The notes below the pieces were generated by a model. That model was not told the DNA's origin. It did no database searches and saw only the letters and a program-made list of their open reading frames with translations. From Azolla caroliniana (taxonomy: Eukaryota; Plantae; Polypodiophyta): 64,000 nucleotides of DNA. This document shows positions 1-11,800 of the stretch, piece after piece. Positions within the stretch are counted from its first letter, which is position 1. The number at the start of each line of letters is the position of its first letter. The stretch covers positions 5,766,001 to 5,830,000 of the forward strand of contig JBHGNT010000007.1 in NCBI GenBank assembly GCA_043228905.1. Direction: 5' to 3'. The translations under genes and the position numbers were made by a program.

Positions 1-3000
1 GGAATGCTCATATTCTGGAAAAAAGTGGTAAAAGGATTAGGAGTACTGTAGCAGATTATCTGGATAATGATAGAGTAGATACTGCATCAATGAAATTAGA
101 TAAATCACCTTTTAAAGAGGCATCCACAGATAGAAAAGTCTACAAAGATGAGGAAGCAAGATCTTCTGCAAGTGATTTGAATCAATCTACAGAGGCTATC
201 ATATCGGCACCGATTGTTTCAACAAAGAGAGGCAGAGCTCAGGTCCTTCCATCAAGGTTTAGAGATTCAATCTTAGAACCATGGAAGAAAGGGCAGAAAC
301 GTCCTTCAGAGGATCAGGTATCCCTTAAGAGCGTTCCTTCAGAAAACAAAGTGAGGAAACCCGATAAGGTTTCACCCAGAGCACACAATCCAACAGATGA
401 AGTCGAGGACATGATGATTTTGGCTAGGAAAGGTTCTTTGAACGATTTTCATTCTACTAGAAAGCTTTGGATTTCAAGCAAACGGAAAAATCCTTTCAAG
501 ACATTACACAAGAATGTTGAACGATGTAATGTGGAAAGTAATAATCATAAGCAGAAAATGTTTTCTAATGGAGAGTTTAGTGAAGCAGCTCAATTGCACT
601 CTCAAATGTCTTCAGGATTTTCTTCTTCTGGTCATAGGACTTCAACTGGGGATGCTACCCTGTCGGCCAGTATTAATTCCGAGTCAAATGATGAAGTAAG
701 TTTGGCAGCAAATGGTAGAACTGAGGCAACGACAGGTCTCTTGTATAGTCTAGAAGATTTTTATGTGGGAGATATAGTATGGGCCAAGTCTGGCAAAAGA
801 AATGATCCTGTATGGCCAGCAAAAGTGGTGGATCCCGTAAGAGAAGCACCTGAGTTGGTTCGTAAAGCTTTTGTTCCTGGACGTTTGTGTGTGATGTTCT
901 TTGGACCTTCGGCTTCCAAGGGAAGAGATCGGGTATGTACTTCCTTCTCCACCTTAAATAAGTAGTCTTCTTTTTGGGTTTTTTTGTATGAAAGAGAAAT
1001 AAACTCATATCAATCCATATACAAACAGGACTATGCATGGGTACGCCAAGGCATGATTTTTCCGTTTCTTGACCACCTGGACAGGTAAGATTTTTGTGTA
1101 AGGATGCTGATTTTCACCTTCTGAAAACATGTTATATTTTGAGAAGATCACAGCTCTATCTAACTCACATATGGAAGAATGAACTCATGAGGAGATGCAT
1201 ATTTTAAAAATGGTGCCTACTTGGGCCATCATTCCCAGATCTACAAGGATATCCGTCTTCTCACCTGCATCTTATTTTTTTGGGTTTCTTATTTGAGCGT
1301 GTTACTTTAAGTAGTTTCATCTATCCACTTTTTCAGACACAATATCTTTAGTGCCAATGATGATCTCCACATTTCTGGCACATGATTTCTGACAGTAAAA
1401 TCAGGTCGTTGTAAATAGTTAAAGCAATGTAGATGGAAGGGAAATTGATTTACTTACAGTTTTTGTCAGTTGTGAACGAAATTCAAAGAAATTTGATAAA
1501 ATATGACTATTCTGAATTTTGCTTGTTATCTTAACTGCTCAAAAGCTTCCCTGGTATTTGAAAAGAATCAATTCCACCTTGACTCAAGACTATGTATTTG
1601 GAGATTCAGATTCTTTTGATGGCATAATATAAAAGCAGCTTACTGATTAATTCTGTTCAAGGATCCAAAGAAATCACAAATCTAAAGATAGGGAATGTCA
1701 AAACTATTCTATCTGGCTCCTTTTCATCCAAAGTTGGCCTTCTTTAAGTTGGCCATCTCGGAAATCTCGGCATTTATGGGGTGCTATAGATAACTTATTT
1801 AGTAGGTATGGGAATAATGATCTCATGCCTAATGATGGCAGTAATTATCACTTGGTGGATCCAACACACTTATAAAAGAGAACTCACTGGATTGAGTTTC
1901 TTATCAGTGTATGCTCTATGTTTCTATCACCCTTGACTCCCGTCATTCCACGATTTGCAGTCCAATACATTGCCATTTCTGTTTTAGATACTTTATTAAT
2001 TCACATAGTTTATCTCTAATATTTAACTTGTTCGATTCTTTATGCGGAATTGAACCTTTACGAAAAGTACAGTGTGCAGACGGAATATTATTATGAGCTA
2101 GGTTGATTGATTGGTCATTAGATGAATGTATTGTCTTTGTTGCCTAGATGATTTGATTCCTTCTATTTAAATAGGTGTTCAAATGAGAGTGCATGTGATG
2201 TGTGATTGCATGTGCGTGAGAGTGCATCCGATGTGTGATCGCCACTTGGCACATGTATTAAGGTGTGATGCATGAAAGTCATGTTGCTCATTTGAGTCAA
2301 CATGTAGTGCAATAATAAGAGTTCATGCACACTCTATGTATTGGAGCTGTCCAACTTTAATCAGTGAACTTCGTGATAACCTTGCTCCACTGCACTCACC
2401 AACATTGGATACATCTCCTCACCACCGCTCCTTCCATACATAGATAGTAGTTATGCATTTCAACCTTGTAAAACCATCTCAAGAATCATTAACCGATTAT
2501 AAGGACGCTTCACACATTAAGATCATTATCATTATCTTTAGGAAACCTAGAGCTTTTATTTTGCTTCAATTTAGATCATTCAAATTCATTCATAGTTCTA
2601 ATTGATTTGTACCATAGGATGTTGCCTGCCTCAAATAGATGTGAGTGCATCTTTCCTTTTATCTCAAGATGGCAAGGCTGCAGATTAACTTCACCTATAC
2701 TCAAAAATGCTAAAATGAACTAGCCCAGTGGTTAAACAATGGGTACATGCATTGCTAAATCAGGCAATTACACAAGGTATTCCTCAAGATCAGCAAGGTA
2801 ATTGGTTCGAGACACTAGGCAAAGGAATTAATAGAAATCAGCTCACTCAGCTGAACATCAAGGGAAAACTTTGAACACAATTCCAAGGGCAAAGTTATCA
2901 TAAACATGAAAGCAATGGTGACTAGGTTATACTAGCCATTAAGATGCAAGTAATGCTTTTTTGGCGAGTTCCTGAACATCAAGGGAGTGAAACAAGGATG

Positions 3001-5824
3001 GTCACTATCACCCTTACTATTTGGTCCATGTATTGTCCACTAGAAGAGTTCAACCAAGGAGCATTTGGAGAACATGAGGAAAAAATAGTCATTGAACTTT
3101 TCATAGTATTTGTTGAATGATTAAAAGTTTTAACGGCTAGCCCAACGGCTAGTTAGCTCCAACAGCTAGTTAACCCAACTGCCAGATCTTGGCCTTTATA
3201 AAGAGGAACTTTCTCCTCATGTAAATATGAGCGATCTCTGTATTTTCTCCCTCCTGTTGTGACATACCAATGTATATTATTGAACAAATGTGCCTTCTCA
3301 TTTTTCAATTTGGTATCAGAGCATATATCCGCCCCTTTGCAAAACCCTAGATCCACCCTTCTGCTGGTATGACAGCAATTGGAACAGCACTACCCTAGCA
3401 TCCAAGAGAGGAAAGGTTTTTTTTTTTCTTTAGGGATGACATTGCTATGTGATTGAGAGGCGACTTGAGAAAAGAAGTCAGAAGAGGAGAGCAGAGATAG
3501 GGTAAGTTGAGAAGATGGATGAGGTGTTCTCAAAATTGAACGAGGATGAGGTGAAAACATTGAGGAAATACATGAAGCAGGCTGAGATTGTAGCATCTAG
3601 AGGTGTGACAGGAATACAACCACCACCTCGACTTGAACTCCTCTAGTTGAGTTCAATCTCGATGGACCAGCCACATAGTTGACGGCTACCTAACGGGAGA
3701 AGAGAAAGAACCTCCTGTCAAAACGAGCAATGAATGGAAAGCATGGAGAGCTACCCACATGTTTTTGTACACGTGGCTTCTCAACTCCATGGTTCCATCA
3801 ATCGCCACAACTGTTGATGGAATTTTAAATGTGAAGGAGATTTGGGAGAAATTGCAAAAGACGTATGCTGGGAGGGGGAATAACATGAGAGTATTCCAAA
3901 TCGAGTAGGAGATAGATGCCGTCTGGCAGGGAGATAGGATGATTCAGGAATATGCCATAGAGCTGGAGCGTCTTTGGGCAGAATATGATCATTTCTCGCT
4001 TGTGACAGTGTGCAATGATCCTCAGTGTAGGAGCAAGGAAATTTCTGCTCAAAGAAGAACCATGCAAATTTTGAAACATCTCAACCCGTTGTTTGATCAA
4101 CGAAAGGTAGTTCTTCTAGCCAAGGCTGAAATTCCCACACTTGATGAGGCAATTGCGACTATGATGCAAGAGGCGAGTAGAATGAAGCTGCTCTCTAACA
4201 TTACCGAACTTCCAGGGGTACGATTGGCACTCATGGTGTCAAATTCAAGCGGAAGTGAAAATCGAAAATGCTACAATTGTGGTGAAGCTGGTCATTTAAA
4301 GAATACTTGCCCTAAACCATCTAATGAGAGAGAATATGGAGGACATGAACAAACTAGAGGTCGTGGTCGAGGGGGCCGAAGAGGTGGAAGAGGAGGTCAC
4401 CAAGCAAACCTGATGGTAGCAAAAGAAGAGGAAGGAACTAAGGTGGTGTTCACCGAAGAGGATCAAGCTCTCTTAGATATACTTTGGAGGAAGCAAAAAG
4501 CCGCAGATGATACTTCGTTCATGTCAAGAGGTAACATTGCCACCTAGCTTATTTGGCCACAAGTACTAGCAACACAAATACTCTTGCCTCTGCACCAGAA
4601 TGGATAATTGATTCTGGTGCATCTAGGCATGTGTATGGTAATGCTAGTGAATTCTCCTCGTATACTCACCTAACAATGCTAGAGAGCATTCAAATTGCTG
4701 ACGGTACAACACAACTTGTAGTGGGTATAGGTACAGTAAAATATACCGACTCTGTGACATTGTCTAATGTGTTGCGTGCTCCTTCTTTCCTAGTAAACCT
4801 ATTATCCATAAGTTCTATCATACAACAACTAAAATGTGTTGTTTCTTTTGATATTCCCAAGGTGATATTCCAGGAGGAAGGGACAGATCGGAGACTTGGG
4901 ATTGGCACATGGCATAGTGGCCTATGGTATTTGGATCGTGATGGGCTGGATTCAGCATTAGCATCTATGGTAGAGGGAATAGATGTAAGGGGATCTAAAA
5001 TGAGTTATGAGGAGTTGTTGATACTTTACAACCAACGTATGGGACATACCTCTTATGGTGTTTTGAGTCGGGTGTATCCACACCTTTTTGAAAAGGCTGA
5101 TAAAACAAAACTTGTTTGTGATGCATGTGAATTTGGTAAGCTTAGTAAAAGCTCATATGCTAGTTCAGGTCATAGGAATTCCCATGCATTTGATGTGATA
5201 CACTCCAATGTTTGGGGACCATGTTCCACAAGTTCTATTAATGGATATCGATATTTTGTCTCTTTCATTGATTGCTTCTCTCATGTGACTTGGTTATATT
5301 TGATGAGGAAAAAGAATGAAGCGTTTGCTTGTTTTAAAGATTTTCATAGAGCAGTTCAAACTCAATATGGTTCAGTAGTAAAAGTGTTGAGATCTGATAA
5401 TGGAACAGAGTATGCCAACATCACATTTAAGGCATACCTCTCATATCAAGGAATACAACATTAAAACTACATGCCCATATACACCAGAACAAAATGGAGT
5501 AGCAGAGAGGAAGAATAGACATCTTCTAGAGGTAACAAGAAGCATGATGATTTCTATGAATGTCCCAAAGCAGTTGTGGGGACGAGCAGTTTTGACAGCT
5601 GCCGCATTGATCAATAGAATGCCCTCTAGAGTATTGGAGTGGAAGTCTCCATGTGAGTTGTTGCAAGGCAATAACTCTGGAATCCTTCCTTTGAAGGTGT
5701 TTGGATGTGTGTGTTTTGTAAAGGACAGTAGACCATCTGTAGGAAAACTTGATCCTAGAGCTGTGAAATGTGTATTTGTGGGATACTCTGCCACACAAAA
5801 AGGCTATGTTTGCTGGAGTCCAAT

Positions 5825-5855
<31 letters not shown>

Positions 5856-8800
5856 AATATTAACGTCTTTTAAGAGGCCAAAATGGCCTATAAGACCAAA
5901 TAAGAGATTACATCTTGAGTGTTGTCTCGTCTTTGAGAACAAATCAAAATAAAATAAATATTACACAGTAAATATAAAAGTAAATAACATGAAAAGAGAA
6001 GAAACAAGGGAATCTGGTTTTTGGCACATGTGAGATTCTCAAGTTAGGTATATTGTAGCTTTTGTCTTCGAAAGATCTCTAGCATAGGTCGATCTAGAAT
6101 GGAAATGTCTCCGAAGCGAGGGAAGCACCTACGATGGCGGGAGATAATGACTTTTATTTGTCGATGACAAGGGTGTCGTGGTCGTGGTCCATGGGGTTGG
6201 GGCCTACGTGCACGGCAAATTGCTATTGCCCGATCAATTGTAACCCCTTTGTTATGTCTTGGTCTGGAGCCCATTTGTGTATCCTGTGATGGACTTGTAG
6301 GATTAGTAGGAGTGATGGGGCTAAAGACAGTTGTGATTGTTCTTTGTGGATGAGCTTGTGTGCCTGTATTCCATTACCTTGCGTAGTGGGCCAAAGCTCT
6401 ATTTAAAGGCAATGGTATCTCCCTCTGATTTCATAAAAGACACTACAATGACAAACATAGTGTTCATTAGATTCCACTCCTTGATGACACAATTGGCAAA
6501 TTCTCTCTTCTAGAGGTAGTCGTGTATATCTGCCTACCTCAATCTGTAGCTGATGTGATGAAGTTGTTAGCTGCCCTATCACACTATGCAGTGCATAGGA
6601 TAGATGTATGTCCATATAAGGTGGCCTGATGACGAATCCATCCTCCGATGTATGTAAGAAGTGCGTCTTATAGTGGGCCATCTTTGTACCAAGTGGTATT
6701 TTGGGGCTGATCCATGTTATCTTGTTTTCCAAGTTAATAATATCAGTTCGAATCACTCTATTCTTTTGCACTTTGGTCATATTTAGGTGGGGACAGTCCA
6801 AGCTATATTGGAACGACGGTAGTGCATTTATACTCATGCCATGTGACTTGAATCATTGCTGCATTTCAGCATACCAACAAAAGATTATTTGTGAGCATGG
6901 ATGTTCATTTCAGAGAGTCAGAGCCATATTATAAACAAGAGGTAACTTCACCCTTTGATGACTTAATTGAGACTGAAAATATGGGGGAAGGAGATAATGG
7001 TGAGAGGTTGCTAAAAATAGGATCAATTCCTTTGCTGATCCCTACATCAACTGAGAAACAAGTGAGCGTAGGAGATAAGGATGAAGAAGGAAAAGAAGAC
7101 GAGGAACCTATATGTGTTGGGACTCAAGGTGAGGGGGAGCTAAATGTGTATACACGGAAGAGGAGGCAGAAAGAAGGAAATATGAACACGTCTTCAGTGC
7201 CACTTGTGCCATCAAGTTCCATGTCCCGACCTGCCTCGACTTCTGAAATAGCTATAGAACTCCCAAACCCAGAAATCACAGGTGATATGATTTCCTCTCC
7301 TTCTCCTATAGAGGTTAGGAGGACCTCTTGCAATAATGCAGGAGTCCCGCCTGATCGTTATGGTTTTCCTCATGATATTGCTCAGTTTATCTCTTATTCT
7401 AACATATCAGCTACACATAGAGCATTCATTGCATCATTAGACTCTGTCACTTTACCCAAGTGTTGGCAGGTTGCTAAAGAAGATCCAAAACGGAAAGCAG
7501 CCATGCAAGAAGAACTCAGAGCTCTTGAGAAGAACAAAACTTGGGAGATTGTGTCACTACCACCAGGAAAGAAGGCGGTTGGGTGCAAATGGGTGTTTAC
7601 AATAAAACAGACCCCAGAGGGAAAAATAGATCGATACAAGGCATGATTGGTGGCTAAAGGATATAGTCAGACATATGGCATTGACTATGATGAGACTTTT
7701 GCACCTGTAGCGAAGATGAGCACTGTTAGAATGCTTATTTCCTTAGCAGTGAATAAGGATTGGAAATTACATAAATTAGATGTAAAAAATGCATTCCTTC
7801 ATGGAGAGTTGATGGAGGAAGTGTACATGGATGTCCCCCCAGGTTTTGGTACAATTCAAACAGTAGGTAAGGTTTGCAGATTAAGGAAGTCGCTTTATGG
7901 ACTATAGCAATCTCCTCGAGCTTGGTTTGACAGGTTAAGAAGGGCTACGGTGGGTATGGGATACCAACAGACGAATGCAGACCATACAATGTTTTTTCAA
8001 CAACACAAGCAGCATACTACATTACTTGCTGTGTATGTGGATGATATGATTATCACGGGTAACGATGAAGGAGAAATTGCGCAACTGAAGGGGAAATTGA
8101 GTAAAGAGTTTGACATGAAGGATCTAGGATTGCTACGATACTTTCTTGGAATTGAGGTAGCTCGTGGAGCAGAAGGAGTTGTTCTATCTTAGTGAAAATA
8201 TGTATTAGATCTTCTCACAGAAACCGGAATGTTGGGTTGTAGGTCCGTAGCTTCTCCAATCAACCAAAAGATCAAGCTAACTGAATTTGCAGGAGAGAAA
8301 GTTGATTGTGAAAGGTATCAAAGAATGGTAGGTCGGCTGATTTGTTTGACTCACACCCGTCCAAATATTTCATTTGCAGTAAGTGTGGTAAGTTGCTACA
8401 TGCATGATCCGAGGAAAGATCATATGGATGCAGTGTACCGTATTCTGAGATATCTCAAAGGTGCCCCAGGGAAGGGATTGATCTTTAGAAAACATGGACA
8501 TTTTAACATTGAGGGCGATTGTGATTCTGATTGGGCCAGTTGTGCTGATGATAGGAAATCCACATCAGGATACTGCATGTTTGTTGGGGGCAATCTGGTC
8601 TCTTGGAAGAGTAAGAAACAATCAGTTGTAGCAAGGTCAACAGCTGAAGCAGAGTATAGAGCTATTTCGGTAGGATTTGCGGAGATGTTATGGCTGAGAA
8701 CTCTCCTAGTAGAACTAAAGGTGAATAAAAAAAATCAGATGATGCTGTGGTGTGACAATAAGTCAGCAATCAGCATTGCCAACAATCCAGTACAGCATGG

Positions 8801-11800
8801 TAGGACCAAGCACATTGAAATCGACAGATTCTTTATCAAGGAGAAGCTTGATAATGGAATATTAAAATTGAGTCATGTTTCTACTGAACATCAAGTAGCA
8901 GATTGTCTTACAAAGGGACTTGGGCCAGTAAGTCTTACTAGATTGTGTGACAAGATGGGCCTAGTGGATATTTTTCACCCATCTTGAGGGGGAGTGTTGA
9001 ATGATTAAAAGTTATAACGGCTAGCCCAACGGCTAGTTAGCTCCAACAGCTAGTTAGCCCAACGGCCAGATCTGGCCTTTATAAAGAGGAACTTTCTCCT
9101 CATGTAAATATGAGCGATCTCTGTATTTTCTCCCTCCTGTTGTGACATACCAATGTATATTATTGAACAGAACAGAACAGAACAGAAAAAGAGAATAGGA
9201 GACTATATTGTATCAACGAACGTGAAACCGAAGAGCATGTCACTTTGGAATTTCCAACAGATGAAGATATGACACATGATTTTCAAGAGTTCTTACAAGT
9301 TTAAGAAACCTCAACAATTTAAAAATCTTCATCTCATTGCTGAGACGAGTGCTTTGTAACGTCCCCCTATTGATGTTAATATATCATCATCATCATCATC
9401 TAGTTGGAAATAGAGATAGGTTGATATAGGGATGTACTTCTTGGACGACAGAGTATATGTTAGTTATGCCGTACAGAGCTCAAATCTGAGGAGTACTATG
9501 TATGCATCTGCACAGTTTACTGAGATCTGAGGATGCTTCCATTGCCTCTTTAGGAAGGGATTTGGGCCATTCTCTTGGGGCATGGACTTCTATGATCAGA
9601 GGTATTTATGGCTGTTATGTAGGGAAGCTACCTAGTTTAGATACAATTGCACAAAAAAGGGGCTGAAATCAATTGCAGATCTGGTAAATGGCCGAGATCA
9701 CCTATTAGGCTTCAATGACATGACATGTCGTTATAGTCTTGGGCCACATCATCGCCTTATCTGGAATACTTTCCTTAGTACCTGTGCCACCTCTAGTTGG
9801 AGATCGCAAGATTCAGGATTGGATGTTACAAAAAGGCAACATTGTTATTCCAATGAATAAGGTTACAACACATTCAGTGTATATGTTGTTGCAACCTGCC
9901 CTGTGGTTTCACAAACATGGAAATGCATTATGGCACCTACACAAAACATAGTCTTGGTGGAAAAATAGGCTTACAAAGCTTATGGAGTTATGGTCTTCCA
10001 CTTAAGCAACGGGTATTCCTATGGAGATGCCTATTGGGTGTACTCCCGACTGGCGAATCTTCAAAAGTGATCGATAGCCTCACCACACTGTGCAAGATGT
10101 GGTGGTCGATTGGAAATAGTCCCACACTTATTATGGACGAGCATTCACTACAACATTTGTACAAAGACTAAGTGCATCTCTTTCTCACAGATTTCCTGGT
10201 CGAAGGTTTGGGAAACACTTTTGGCTATTTGGACAAATTCCGTGCGCCTTATCCAACGATGCCTATTTTCTCCAATTGACAAGATTTTGGGCACTCTGGA
10301 CCATTTGGACAACTCGCAATAATAAGGTCTTTGATCGAATCCAACCGCATGAAGTTAGCTTCAGCAATCCCTCAGGCAATCTCTATTTGATTGTCTGCAA
10401 CTTAGAGACATCACACTGCAAATTTACACTCTTTACTTTGAGTGCTTTTAAGCTCTTTAGTGTCTAATCGACACTTGTATTTTTCTCTTTATTCTTTGTG
10501 GGTTTTCACCTCACTTTGAGGTTTCCCACTAGTAATAAAAGTGTTACTAGAAAAAAAAAAAGCTACGTAGTTTAGATACAATTTAATTTTGCTTGCTATG
10601 ACTTCTAAACACATGTTTAATTTTTGGCCCCATATGTCGCTTTGAGCTTATGAAAACATTTCATTCATCTCATTCTCACTCCTTGTGCTAATGTTTGTTT
10701 TCCATTTCTGTACAATCCAACAGGGGATTGATATGAAATTTTCACATGAGGAATCCTGAGTGCCATAAGTAGATTACAATTGTGTTGAATGAATCTGTAC
10801 AGCTGGAAGATTCATTTGGATGCACATTACTTCATTATCCTGCAAAAAGCCTTCTTGATAAACTTGTACATTGTGGAAACTCACAAATAAGAACACATTT
10901 TGGATATTTTTACAAGACAACAATTTCAGTTAAAATGAACGATCACCAAACCTGTTTGCCTTTAGCCCCTCGTGATTACCATTATTCATAGTCCTTTAGT
11001 GATAGTGCACTTAAGTCAATAATATGGGTTTCTGAAGATTGTGTGTGATATTCTACTTTTGCTGATTAAAGCTTGTTGTCTCCAGATTTGCAGAGCAGAC
11101 TTTACTGAACAACAGTCATATAAAGGATTTTAGGATCGCAATTGCTGAAGCAACATTTTCAGATTATGGTTTTGACACACAGTCTGAGAGAACTTATCCC
11201 TGTGAGATTAAAAAGGGACAAGTCTTACGTAGTTCTGATAAAGTAGAAATGGATGATAATTCTGAAAATAGAGAACTTCGTTCAGAGCCTTCTTTCAAAG
11301 AGGTTGAGAAAACCGAATTACCATTCATATTTCCTTTTTAAGAATATTGATAATGGTCATTAATCATTTTATTGTACTTATTTTTTTCTTAGGCTTCTAA
11401 TGCGAAGAATGGAAAAACAAAGTGCTCCAGCTGCGAGTCACCTATTTCTCTGAAAAACACCACTATACGACACAAATACAGTGATTTTGAGAATCCACCT
11501 CTCTGCACATACTGCACGAAGGTTTCTTAACATTAGCAAAGCAATTCATATTTATGACTCAAACAATTATCATCCACTTAGTTCTCACTCTTGAATCAAT
11601 TCTTACTTGGCAGCTATATAATTCTCGGCAATACTGTGGAGTATGTAAAATAGTATGGCATCCTACAGACAAGGGAAATTGGGTATGCAGTTCATATGAC
11701 ACTCTCTTCTTTCTATGTGGCTTCAGTTATTTGAAATCTTGATGATGGGCATTTATTTGAAGAGAGAAGATGGCTACTTGATGATATGAACTTGATTCCA

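Larger units (their letters stand above)
3111..9169 (+). mobile_element. Ty1/Copia LTR retrotransposon (Ale/Retrofit-like, short LTRs), pseudogenised, sense orientation in ATX intron 2
   Basis: 5' LTR 3111-~3306 and 3' LTR 8995-9169 share 176 bp with 3 substitutions and 1 indel. tRNA-iMet PBS tggtatcagagc 3311-3322; PPT gagggggag before 8995. Domain order: gag ([14 protein letters not shown]), protease (WIIDSGAS), integrase ([20 protein letters not shown]), RT (DVKNAFL, YVDD), RNase H (DSDWA, EAEY, KHIEID, ADCLTK). Several in-frame stops and a frameshift. Confidence 0.95.

Noticed and set aside
4545-4555. TAG between gag and protease of Copia-1 as programmed readthrough or frameshift
   Set aside because: Ale-type Copia normally have one ORF and this copy has several other random stops, so decay is the simpler explanation.
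6044-6274. Arg/Pro-rich 76-aa ORF
   Set aside because: Lies in the 3' UTR of the nested RTE and is not conserved as an ORF in the copies at 16680 and 32427.
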